Below, one piece after another: positions 40,315 to 52,280 of a stretch of 64,000 bases of DNA. Numbering within the stretch: position 1 is the stretch's first letter; each line of letters begins with the position of its first letter. The notes below the pieces were generated by a model, which was given only the letters and a program-made list of their open reading frames with translations, was not told the DNA's origin and did not search any database. Location: positions 251,722,001 through 251,786,000 of the forward strand of contig NC_086097.1 in assembly GCF_963921235.1 (NCBI RefSeq), in the 5' to 3' direction. This stretch comes from Mobula hypostoma. Lineage: Eukaryota. The position numbers and the translations under genes are program-made.

Positions 40315-40827
40315 AGTCAAAACTGCCCAATACATCACCGGCACCAGCCTACCCAGCATCAAGGACGTATGTAGAGAAAGGGGCTGGAAAAGGGCCAGTA
40401 ACATCAGGAAGGATCCCACCCACCCTGCTCATGGACTGTTTGTCCCACTCCCATCAGGGAGGAAACTATGTAGCATCCAAACCAGGACCATCAGACTCAA
40501 AAACAGCTACTTCCCCCAAGCAGTAAGGCTGATCAACACCTCCACCCACTAACCCACCCCTCCACACCCCCAACCACCACTACTTTATCATTTCCTGTCA
40601 GTCACCTTATGCATAGACACTCCCGTGCCTAGCGTCACATTATGGATATACAATCAATCTGTGTACATAGGCTATTGTATGTATTTATATTTATTGTGTT
40701 TTTATTTATTATGGTTTTCTTTATCTTATTGCAATTTTTTGTGTTGCATTAGACCCAAAGTAACAAATATTTTGTTTTCCTTTACACTGTGTACTGGAAA
40801 TGACAATAAACTATCTTGAATCTTGAA
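40315..40827 (+). mobile_element. Rex1-type LINE 3' end
   Basis: TAQYITGTSLP..HPAHGLFVPLPSGR..KNSYFPQAVRLIN; GACAATAAA + (TCTTGAA)n tail. Confidence 0.85.
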
Positions 40828-42204
40828 ACTTGTTTTGGACATTCTGCATTTACTGAAAGGCATGGGTTCTACTTAATTGCAGTCTTCCATCTGTTTGTCT
40901 TCACATCCACAGCTGAAGAAGCTGGAAATATGGTGTCCAGGGTCCATACTGGTATCTGTGCTTCCTTTAACACTCGTAGGCATGTGCCATCCAATCCCAG
41001 CTCTAAACCTACTTAAACAAAACATTTCCATTTTCCATTCAGTATTGAATGGTTCAGCTGAAAGCTCGTATACCCTTTTCCACTGAGGCTGGGTTACAAT
41101 AGAACTGGGTCATGGGTTAAGAGTGAAAGGTGAAAGGTTGAAGGGGAAGGTGAGGGGGAATATCTTCACGCAGAGGGTGGTGAGAGTGTGGAATGAGCTG
41201 CCAGCGTACATGGTGGATGTGTGTTCGATTTCAATGCTTAAGAGAAATTTAGATAGGTACATGGATGGGAGGGGCATGGAGGGCAGATCAATGGAAATAG
41301 GCAGATTAATAATTCAGCAGAAACTAGATGGGCTGAAGGGACTGTTTCTGGGCTGAAGTGCTGTGCGACTCTATGGCCATACAACAACTAGCTCATCAAT
41401 TTGTGCTCTAATAGTCTGCTTCTTTCATTTAATATCGCTTTTTATGTGTTTAGACAATTATTTTTGACTATTTTGGGTTACACTTCTGAATAGTTTTGTC
41501 TATCGGTTCCATTTTGGAATTGGAATGGGATTATCATTGTCAGATGTACTGAGAAACAGTGCAAAGCTTGTCTTGCATATTGTTCGTACAGATCAGATCA
41601 TTACACAGTGCCCTGAGGCACGGAGGGGGGTGGGTAGAGTGGAGGATTGTCCTTTTGGTATGAGAGGTGGTGGCATGTTTGGTGAAAGATTTATTCATAA
41701 CTTGGTTTATTACTGTCACATGTACTGAGATACGGTTAAAAGCATGTCTTGCACTCTGTTCCTACTGATCAATTCTCTCCGTGACCAGGTGCACGTCTTT
41801 CCAAGAATGGGTGGGTTAGGGTTGGGGTTAGTGTTAGTGGACGGTGGGTATACTGTGTTAACTTACTAACCCGTACATTGTTGGAATGTGGGAGGAAACC
41901 AGGGCACCAGGCGGACACAGGGAGAGAGTACAAACTCCTAACAGACAGCAGCAGGAATGAACCCTGATCTTACAGCTGGCTCGGTGTTATCATTACTAGG
42001 TTACTTGGTCATGTGGGCACAACTGAGCAGGGCAGCCTCATTGAACTGGAAGGACCTATTACAATGCTGCATCACTAATAAGTAAATTATTATTTTGACT
42101 GTACCTTTTCCTATAGATGCTGCCTGGCCTGCTGCATTCCACCAGCATTTGGTGTGTGTTGCTATTACATTACTTATTTAATTTAATACAGTACTTATTT
42201 AATA

Positions 42205-42748
42205 CTAAGGCCCCCTGTTGGTCATCCATGGATAGTGCATCCTAGCTGTCTAGATATGCAGGCCAGGGCAGTACGATATGGAGAGCGAGCTGTTGTCATA
42301 CGACAGGCTCCCCCTCTCCATGCAGCTGATGAACCCAAAGGAACGGCAGAAACCGATACAGTTTGGCACCAGTGACGTCGCAGGAGTTTCCAGTCAGCAT
42401 TGAACTGCCTTACCGACTCCAGTTCTGCACTTTCCCTTGGGATTTACTCACAAAATCTTCCTAATGAGTGGGTATAGCCGTCAGGCAGCGGAGGTTTGAG
42501 ATCAGAGGTTTCCTTCGTGATGAGCTGCCAACCATCGCTGACGAGCCATCTGCCCAAAGGCTCTGATTTTAAGGGGCCAGTAACCCATCGTTGCCACTTC
42601 TCCTGTCACTAGAAATGGTTCCACAGAGTTTAGTAGCTAAGCTACATGTGAAGGCTAGTTTGTCAGAGGCTATTTGAGATGCACACCATTGGGGGTATTT
42701 AATAGGTAGTGGGAGGTTATCCCCACTACCTCCCCAGCTAAGGAACCG
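42205..42748 (-). mobile_element. Non-autonomous element resembling RTE-clade 5'UTR sequence
   Basis: Reverse: AAACCTCCGCTGCC..GCTATACCCACTCAT..CTCCTGCGACGTC.CTGGTGCCAAACTGTATCGG; terminal hairpin AGGTAGTGGG/CCCACTACCT. Confidence 0.5.
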
Positions 42749-44102
42749 ATTTATCACACTACTTATGTTTTTCATATATCGGATTCAGAATCAGACAGAA
42801 TCGGGCTTAAGATCACTGGCATATGTCATGAATTTTGTTGTTTTGTGGCAGCAGTATATAATAATAAAAAGACTATAAATTACAATAAGAAATATATGAA
42901 AAATAAATTAAGTAAGCAGGGCAAAAAGAGAGCAAAGAAAAGTAGTGAGCTAGTGTTCATTGTCCATTCAGGAATGTGATGACAGAGGGGAAGAAGCTGT
43001 TCCTGAAACAGTGAGTGTGCCTCCTCCCTGATGGTAGCAATGAGAAGAGGGCAGGTCCTGGCTGATGGGATTCCTTAATCCTTAATTTGAGGCATCGCCT
43101 TTTGAAGAAGTCCTCAATGCTGTGGAGGGCAGTGCCTGTGAGGGAGCTGGCTGTCTACAACTTTCTGCAGTTTTCTTCAATCTTGTGCAATATATATTTC
43201 TTATTGTAATTTATAGTATATGTGTACTTCTGCCACAAAACAATAAATTTCACGGCATATGTCAGTGATAGTAAAGCTGATTGTGTGCTGAGAGTTGGTC
43301 AGTACCAGCGGTACACACGCTATGTATTATTTAATAATTTTATTCCAAACAATGCAGTATTCCCACCGTGCTGCATTCATTTGTCAGGTTAGATTATACT
43401 CTGGTCCCGAATTGGGATTTAAATTTATAATTGCTTGAATAAGGCTGGCATTTTATCACAGAGTCAATTCTCACTCTGGCAGAATCAACTGTGAACTGAA
43501 AAGAACACCGTGTCCAAATGAGGAAAGATTAAGGAGGCTTTGGTTTTACACTTTGAAAAGATGCAATTGAGAAAGACCTTCACAGAAATATGTAAAATAT
43601 TAAATAGAACAGATTATTCTTAATTGAACCAGGAATGGAAAGCCAGAGGACATAGAGTCATAGAAAAGTTCAGCACAGAAACAGGCCCTTCAGCCCATCT
43701 AGTTCATACTGAAACGATTTAAAGACTGGAAACTCAGTTAGAAGTAACGTTAAAATACCATCTTTCCAGCATTCAGTACTTTTCTTGTGACAGACTGGGC
43801 TGCACTCACCACCTTCTGTAGGCTTTTCTGTTCCAGGACACTGGTGTTTCTATAGCAGGCCACAATACATGGCAATACCAATGCCCAGGAACAGAGAGCA
43901 GTGGATATGGCTCAGTCCGCCACAGGCAAAGCCCTCCCCACCATTGAGCACATCTACAAGGAGCCCTGCCACAGGCAAGCAGTGTCCACCACCCAGTTCT
44001 ACCATCAGTCTGGAGGTACAGGAGTGTCAAGACCCACACCACCAAGTTCAGGAACAGTCCCAACCATCAGGCTCCTGAACCGGTGTGGATAACTTCACTC
44101 AC

Positions 44103-46901
44103 TTAGATTAGATTATGAGAAGACTCAGTCCTCTTTTATTGTCATTTAGAAATGCATACATCCATGATCTGGTCCTAGGGTTGAGGTTCTGAACTGGAAG
44201 AAGGCCAAATTTGAAGAAATGAGAGAGGATCTAAAAAGCGTGGATTGGGACAGGTTGTTCTCTGGCAAAGATGTGATTGGTAGGTGGGAAGCCTTCAAAG
44301 GGGAAATTTTGAGAGTGCAGAGTTTGTATGTTCCTGTCAGGATTAAAGGCAAATTGAATAGGAATAAGGAACCTTGGTTCTCAAGGGATATTGCAACTCT
44401 GATAAAGAAGAAGAGGGAGTTGTATGAAATGTATAGGAAACAGGGGGTAAATCAGGTGCTTGAGGAGTATAAAAAGTGCAAGAAAATACTTAAGAAAGAA
44501 ATCAGGAGGGCTAAAAGAAGACATGAGGTTGCCTTGGCAGTCAAAGTGAAGGATAATCCAAAGAGCTTTTACAAGTATATTAGGAGCAAAAGGATTGTAA
44601 GGGATAAAATTGGTCCTCTTGAAGATCAGAGTGGTCGGCTTTGTGCGGAAACGAAGGAAATTGGGGAGATCTTAAATAGGTTTTTTGCGTCTGTATTTAC
44701 TAAGGAAGCTGGCACGAAATCTATGGAATTGAGGGACTCAAGTAGTGAGACCATGGCAACTGTACAGATTGAAAAGGAAGAGGTGCTTGCTGTCTTGAGG
44801 AAAATTAAAGTGGATAAATCCCCGGGACCTTACAGGGTGTTCCCTCGGACCTTGAAGGAGACTAGTGTTGAAATTGCGGGGGCTCTGGCAGAAATATTTA
44901 AAATGTCGCTGTCTACGGGTGAAGTGCCGGAGGATTGGAGAGTGGCTTATGTTGTTCCGTTGTTTAAAAAAGGATCGAAAAGTAATCCGGGAAATTATAG
45001 GCCGGTGAGTTTAACGTCAGTTGTAGGTAAGTTATTGGAGGGAGTACTAAGAGACAGAATCTACAAGCATTTGGATAGACAGGGGCTTATTAAGGAGAGT
45101 CAACATGGCTTTGTGCGTGGTAGGTCATGTTTGACCAATCTGTTGGAGTTTTTCGAGGAGGTTACCAGGAAAGTGGATGAAGGGAAGGCAGTGGATATTG
45201 TCTACATGGACTTCAGTAAGGCCTTTGACAAGGTCCCGCATGGGAGGTTAGTTAGGAAAATTCAGTCGCTAGGTATACATGGAGAGGTGGTAAATTGGAT
45301 TAGACATTGGCTCGATGGAAGAAGCCAGAGAGTGGTGGTAGAGAACTGCTTCTCTGAGTGGAGGCCTGTGACTAGTGGTGTGCCACAGGGATCAGTGCTG
45401 GGTCCATTGTTATTTGTCATCTACATCAATGATCTGGATGATAATGTGGTAAATTGGATCAGCAAGATTGGAGGTGTAGTAGACAGTGAGGAAGGTTTTC
45501 AGAGCCTGCAGAGGGACTTGGACCAGCTGGAAAAATGGGCTGAAAAATGGCAGATGGAGTTTAATACTGACAGGTGTGAGGTATTGCACGTTGGAAGGAC
45601 AAACCAATGTAGAACATACAGGGTTAATGGTAAGGTACTGAGGAGTGCAGTGGAACAGAGGGATCTGGGAATACAGATACAAAATTCCCTAAAAGTGTCG
45701 TCACAGGTAGATAGGGTTGTAAAGAGAGCTTTTGGTACATTGGCCTTTATTAATCGAAGTATTGAGTATAAGAGCTGGAATGTTATGATGAGGTTGTATA
45801 AGGCATTGGTGAGGCCGAATCTGGAGTATTGTGTTCAGTTTTGGTCACCAAATTACAGGAAGGATATAAATAAGGTTGAAAGAGTACAGAGAAGGTTTAC
45901 AAGGATGTTGCCGGGACTTGAGAAACTCAGTTACAGAGAAAGGTTGAATAGGTTAGGACTTTATTCCCTGGAACGTAGAAGAATGAGGGGAGATTTGATA
46001 GAGGTATATAAAATTATGATGGGTATAGATAGAGTGAATGCAAGCAGGCTTTTTCCACTGAGGCAAGGGGAGAAAAAAACCAGAGGACATGGGTTAAGGG
46101 TGAAGGGGGAAAAGTTTAAAGGGAATATTAGGGGGGGCTTCTTCACACAGAGAGTGGTGGGAGTATGGAATGAGCTGCCAGACGAGGTGGTAAATGCGGG
46201 TTCTCTTGTAACATTTAAGAATAAATTGGACAGATACATGGATGGGAGGTGTATGGAGGGATATGGTCCGTGTGCAGGTCAGTGGGACTAGGCAGAAAAT
46301 GGTTCGGCACAGCCAAGAAGGGCCAAAAAGCCTGTTTCTGTGCTGTAGTTTCTATGGTTTCTATGGTAAGAAATGATACAATGTTTCTCTGGAGTGATAT
46401 CACAGAAAACAGGACAAACCAAAGACTAACACTGACAGAACCACATAATTATAGCATATAGTTACAGAAGTGCAAAGCAATACCATAATTTAATGAAGAA
46501 CAAACCATGGGCACGGTAAAAAAAGTCTCAAAGTCCCCGAGTCGATCGGCTCCCAAGTACCCGATAGCAGGCGGCAAAAGGGATAAACCTGCCATAAACC
46601 TCCAGGCACCGCCAACTTGCCAATACCTTGGAAGCAGCTGACCACAGCCGACACTGAGTCCAGCCGTCCAAAAACTTCCAGCCTCCAACCAGCCCCTCCG
46701 ATACAGCCTCCCAAGCGCCATCCTCTGCCGAGCACCTTCGACCTCGCCCCGGCCGCTGAAACAAGCAAAGCCGAGGATCCGGGACCTTCTGCTCCAGAGA
46801 TTCTGGTTACCACACAGTAGCAGCGGCAGCGAGGCGGGCATTTCAGAAGTTTTCCAGATGTCCCTCCATACTCTCACGTCCGTCTCCATCAAATCAGAAT
46901 T
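44103..46901 (-). mobile_element. Non-coding retroposon copy 3 (5'-truncated), interrupted by CR1
   Basis: Pieces 44103-44161 (TTAGATTAGATT tail) and 46367-46901. Confidence 0.85.
44162..46366 (+). mobile_element. Young 5'-truncated CR1 LINE; long ORF lacking the catalytic FADD motif
   Basis: ORF 44219-46291; reads VNWISK|IGGVV where other copies read KFADDTK; (CTATGGTTT)n tail. Confidence 0.93.
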
Positions 46902-47182
46902 CAGAATTTAATTCTGAACTGATTTCACAATCTGTAGACCCTGTTTCATGGACTCTACAACTCATGTTCTCAGTATTATTTATTAACTTTTTTTTTTGCA
47001 TTTGCACTGTTTGTCTTCATTTGAACATTGATTATTTGTCTGTCTCTGTCTGTGTGCAGTTTTTCATTGATTCTGTTGTATTTCTTTGTTCTACTGTGAA
47101 TGCCTGCAGGAAAATCAATCTCAGGATTGTATATGGTGACATATTCTGTATGTACTTTGATAATTCATTTACTTTGAACTTG

Positions 47183-47735
47183 TAGATGGGATGTTATGTT
47201 GAAGTTGTATAAGATGTTGGTGAGGCCTAATTTGGAGTATTGTGTGCAGTTTTGGTCACCTACCTACAGGAAAGATATAAATAAGGTTGAAAGAGTACAG
47301 AGAAAGTTTACAAGGATGCTGCTGGGACTGGAGCACCTGAGTTAAAGGGAAAGGTTGAATAAGTTGGGACTTTACTTCCTGGAACATAGGAAATTGATGG
47401 AATATACAAAATTATGAGGGTAAATGCAAGCAGACTTTTTCCACTGAAGATGGGTGAGCCGAGAACTAGGGCTCATGGGTTAAGGGTGAAAGGTGAAATG
47501 TTTAAGGGGAACATGAGGGGAAACAACTTCTCTCAGAGGGTGGTGAGAGTGTGGAATGAGCTGCCAGTGCAGGTGGTGCATGCTAGTTTGACTACAACAT
47601 TTAACAGAAATTTGGATAAGTTCATGGGTGGAGGGGTATGAACATTATGGTCTGGTTGCTGGTCGATGGGACTAGACAGATTAATGGTTCTGCATGAACT
47701 ATTTGCTTGCTTCTGTGCTGTAGTGTTCTGTGACT
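47183..47735 (+). mobile_element. CR1 3' fragment
   Basis: WDVMLKLYKMLVRPNLEYCVQFWSP..RVWNELP. Confidence 0.85.
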
Positions 47736-47891
47736 TTATGCCTTTATAAATGTGCAGGAGGCACCTCTGGTTCAGTTGCATATTGTGCTTTCTTCCAAGA
47801 ATACAGTTCTTCAGCTGAGTAGAGTATTAGTGTGATCACCTTGAAATAAAAATATTGCTGATTTGGTCTAATGCAAGCAATGTATTTCACT

Positions 47892-48287
47892 AAAAAATGC
47901 AAACAACAGGAATTCTGCAGATGCTGGAAATTCAAGCAACACACATCAAAGTTGCTGGTGAACGCAGCAGGCCAGGCAGCATCTCTAGGAAGAGGTACAG
48001 TCGACGTTTCAGGCTGAGACCCTTCGTCAGGACTAACTGAAGGAAGAGTGAGTAAGAGATTTGAAAGTAGGAGGGGGAGGGGGAGATCCAAAATGATAGG
48101 AGAAGACAGGAGGGGGAGGGATGGAGCCAAGAGCTGGACAGGTGATTGGCAAAGGGGATATGAGAGGATCATGTGACAGGAGGTCCGGGGAGAAAGACAA
48201 GGGGGGGGTACCAGAGGATGGGCAAGGGGTATAGTCAGAGGGACAGAGGGAGAAAAAGGAGAGAGAGAGAGAAAGATGTGTATTGGT
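47892..48287 (-). mobile_element. Penelope pLTR-derived insertion with intact-core hammerhead motif (~47998-48035)
   Basis: Reverse TAGTCCTGACGAAGGGTCTCAGCCTGAAACGTCGACTG; 15-bp TSD GCAATGTATTTCACT at 47877-47891 and 48288-48302. Confidence 0.8.
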
Positions 48288-48439
48288 GCAATGTATTTCA
48301 CTGCATATTTCGAAGTACATATGATTAAAAAAAAAGCCGTAGCAATCTGCTTCATCGCAGAATTAACTTACCACTCTCACATGGGGCATCATAATGACTG
48401 GAATGGGGAACATGATTTACTGAGCTTTACATTGAGAGG

Positions 48440-48980
48440 CATAAAACATAGAAGCAGAATTCGGCCATTTGGCCCATCGAGTCTGCTCCATCATTCCATC
48501 ATGGCTGATTTATTATCCCTCTCAACACTATTGTCCTGGCATTCGCCCTGACTAAGCGAGAATCTCTCAACCTCCAGTTTAAATATAAACAGCTAATTAG
48601 GCCCCGAAGCCATATGTGGCAATTAATTCCACAGATTCACCCCCCTCCCCCAGCCAAAGAACTTCCTCCTCATCTCTGTTCTAAAAGGATGTCCCTCTAT
48701 TCTGAGGCTGTGCCCTCTGGTCCTAGACACCCCTACTATGGAAAACATCTTCTCCACATCCACTCTATCTAGGTCTTTCAATATTTGATAGCTTTCAATG
48801 AGATCCCCCCTCATCCTTCTAAATTCCAGTGGGTACAGACCCAGAGCCATCATACGCTTCTCATATGTTAACCCTTTCATTCCTGAGAGCATTCTCATGA
48901 ACCTCCTCTGGACCCTCTTTAATGTTAGCACATCTTTTTCTTAGATGAGGGGCTCAAAACTGCTCACAATACTCCAAGTT
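48440..48980 (-). mobile_element. CR1 3' fragment
   Basis: ORF 48623-48931 RVQRRF..RGDLIE..GHSLRI. Confidence 0.85.
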
Positions 48981-49439
48981 ACCAGACACAGAACGTAGAC
49001 TAGTACAGCATAGGAGCAGGGCCCTTCAGATTAGTAATCAAGTAATCAACTAAACTGTAGCCAAACTGTCAAAGGCGGACAGTCTCGATATTGACAATGA
49101 TGCAAGTGATGGTTCTTTTATTTGTACAGTAACAATAACTACTGTCATGTTGAACTTCACGGGGGAGTACGATAAAACATCTGCTGTTTCATTTCCCACA
49201 AGTTGTCACAATTAAGAAGTTTAAGACTGAGTTGGAAAAATGTACAAGATGTCAGGAAAGTTGTGACCCATTTGGAGAGAAATGTGACGATTGTTGACTC
49301 CAAAAGTGTGGCAACACTCGTCTGCTGCCCCCAGTACAATTCTCACTGATTTGATTTGATGCAAAATGACGGCTTTCATGAATGTTTCGATGTACATGTG
49401 ACAAGTAAAAGCTAATTTTTATCTTTATCTTTCTTGCAG

Positions 49440-49631
49440 GTGAAGATTGGTACCTTTGCCATTTGACGATTAACGTGCTGAGGGAAAGTGTTCCAGAGTG
49501 GACGATACCACTGTTCCCCTACTTAACAGTCGTATCTCCGGATGCTCCCAAGGGCACACCAGTTTTCCAGCTTTCTGCCTGGGATGACTCTGATCACTCT
49601 GCTGACGGAATGGAATACTTTCTGACAGAAG
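49440..49631 (+). CDS. Internal coding exon of a cadherin (DN-cadherin-like/type III classical cadherin-like; end of one EC repeat and start of the next)
   Basis: Polypyrimidine tract + TTGCAG acceptor (AG 49438-49439) and GAAG|GTAAG donor; 192 nt, phase 1-1, open: GEDWYLCHLTINVLRESVPEWTIPLFPYLTVVSPDAPKGTPVFQLSAWDDSDHSADGMEYFLTEG, matching the cadherin pattern P.W...PY...V..DAP.GT.V.QL.A.D.D......EY.L..G. Confidence 0.85.
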
Positions 49632-49639
49632 GTAAGGCA

Positions 49640-51509
49640 GAAGTCATGGAGGGATTGTCTATGGAGTCTCTGTGGGTGGAAGTTAGGAACAGGAAGGGGT
49701 CAATAACTCTACAGGGTGTTTTTATAGACCACCCAAGAGTAACAGGGACATCGAGGAGCAGACAGGGAGACAGATTCTGGAAAGGTGTAATAATAACAGG
49801 GTTGTCGTGGTGGGAGATTTTAATTTCCCAAATATCGATTGGCATCTTCCTAGAGCGAGGGGTTTGGATGGGGTGGAGTTTGTTAGGTGTGTTCAGGAAG
49901 GTTTCTTGACACAATATGCAGATAAGCCTACAAGAGGAGAGGCTGTACTTGATCTGGTATTGGGAAATTAACCTGGTCAGGTGTCAGATCTCTTGGTGGG
50001 AGAGCATTTTGGAGATAGTGATCACAATTCTATCTCCTTTACCATAGCTTTGGAGAGGGATAGGAACAAATAAGTTAGGAAAGCGTTTAATTGGTGTAAG
50101 GGGAAATATGAGGCTATCAGGCAGGAACTTGGAGGCATAAATTGGAAACAGATGTTCTCAGGGAAACGTACGGAAGAAATGTGGCAAATGTTGAGGGGAT
50201 ATTTACGTGGAGTTCTGCATAGGTACATTCCAATGAGACAGGGAAAGGATGGTAGGGTACAGGACCGTGGTGTACAAAGGCTGTTGTAAATCTAGTCAAG
50301 AAGGAAAGAAGAGCTTATGAAAGGTTAAAAAAACTAGGTGATGCTAGAGATCTAAGAGAGGAAATTAAGAACCTGGTGGCATGGTGCAAAAACAATAACC
50401 TATCCCTCAACGTCAGCAAGACGAAGGAATTGGTTGTTGACTTCAGAAGGAGTAGCGGACCACACGACCCCATTTACATCGGTGGTGCACAAGTGGAACA
50501 GGTCAAAAGCTTTAAGTTCCTCAGGGTCAATATCACAAATGACCTGACTTGGTCCAACCAAGCAGAGTCCACTGCCAAGAAGGCCCACCAGCGCCTTTAC
50601 TTCCTGAGAAAACTAAAGAAATTTGGCCTGTCCCCTAAAACCCTCACTAATTTTTATAGATGCACCGTAGAAAGCATTCTTCTAGGGTGCATCACAACCT
50701 GGTATGGAAGTTGTCCTGTCCAAGACCGGAAGAAGAGCAGAAGATCGTGAACATGGCGCAGCACATCACATAAACAAATCTTCCATCCTTGGACTCACTT
50801 TACACTGCACGCTGTCGGAGCAGTGCTGCCAGGATAATCCAGGACACGATCCACCCAGCCAACACACTTTTCATCCCTCCTCCCTCCAGGAGAAGGCTCA
50901 GGAGCTTGAAGACTCATACGACCAGATTTGGGAACAGCTTCTTTCCAACTGTGGTAGGATTGCTGAACGGATCCTGACCCGGATCTGGGCTGTACCCTCC
51001 AAATATCCGGACCTGCCTCTCGGTTTTTTTGCACTACCTTACTTTCCATTTTTCTATTTTCTATTTATGATTTATAGTTTAAATTTTTCATATTTACTAT
51101 TGATTTGTAATCCAGGGAGCGGGAAGTGCAGAATCAAATATCACTATGATGATTGTACGTTCTAGTATCAATTGTTTGGCGACAATGAAGTATGAAGTAT
51201 AAAGATCTAGAAAATTATAAAGCTAGCAAGAAGGAGCTTAAGAATGAAATTAGGAGAACCTGAAGGGGCCATGAAAAGGCCTTGGCAGACAGGATTAAGG
51301 AAAACCCCAAGGCATTCTACAAGTGTGTGAAGAGCAAGAGGATAAGACGTGAGAGAATAGGACCAATCAAGTGTGACAGTGAAAAAGTGTGTATGGAACC
51401 AGAGGAGACAGAAGATGTACTTAATGAATACTTTGCTTCAGTATTCACTACGGAAAAGGATATTGGCAATTGTAGGGATAACTTACAGCGGACTGAAAAG
51501 CTTGAGCAT
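49640..51509 (+). mobile_element. CR1 fragment (APE endonuclease C-half and linker) directly behind the cadherin donor; split by a Rex1-type insert, no 3' end
   Basis: ESLWVEVRN, VVGDFNFPNIDW, LDLVLG, FGDSDH, IKENPKAFYK, NEYFASVFT. Confidence 0.88.
50355..51202 (+). mobile_element. Rex1/Babar-type 3' fragment (same family as 30822-33122)
   Basis: WCKNNNLSLNVSKTKELVVDFRR..FGNSFFP; 7-bp TSD AGATCTA at 50348-50354 and 51203-51209. Confidence 0.9.
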
Positions 51510-51999
51510 AATCTTATAAACCTCTACCAGATCTCCTCCCAGCCTCTGCCGCTCCAGAGAAAACAATCCAAGTTTGTTCAGTTTCTCATAATAGCACATG
51601 CCCTCCAAACCAGGCAGCATCCTGGTAAACCTCTTCTGTACTCTCGCCAAAATCTTGCCATTCTTCCTATGACTGAAACTGTATGCCACACTCCAGATTA
51701 AAGAGTCATTTTTATGATGGACTACATACAGTTTAACGTGTGTATTCCAGGCTAGTGTTCACAGCAAATACATTGACTTAGTAGCAATGCAATAGAGCAT
51801 GGAACATAAAACACTACAGCACAGTGTAGGCCATTTGGCCCGCAATGTTATATACCACCCTTTAAACCTATTCCAAGACCGTTCCATTGTGACTGTTATT
51901 TTCTCATGCAGCATCTACAAATTAGTTACTAAGCTGATTTATTTTCTTGAGATGACAATGTGGGGTTTCATCTGAAAGACATCTTTAGGGATTCATATT

Positions 52000-52280
52000 A
52001 GCTTGGTGGTTAGCACAATGCTTTACAGTACAGGTGATCTAGGTTCAATTCCTGTAACTGTCAGAAAGCTCCAAGGAATAAGGAGTTTGTACGTTCTCCC
52101 CATGGATTTCCTCCAAATGCTCTGGTTTCCTCCCACAGCCCAAAGGCATACTGGTTGGTGGGTTAATTGGTCATTGTAAATTGTCCAGTGATTAGGCTAG
52201 GATTAAATTGGGGGATTTCTGGGCAGTGCGGCTCAAAGGGCTGCAAGGGCCAATTCTGCACTCTGTCTGAATAAATAACT
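52000..52280 (+). mobile_element. tRNA-derived SINE (V-SINE/HE1-like)
   Basis: GGTGGTTAGCACAATG, GGTTCAATTCC, GGTTTCCTCCCACAG core. Confidence 0.7.
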
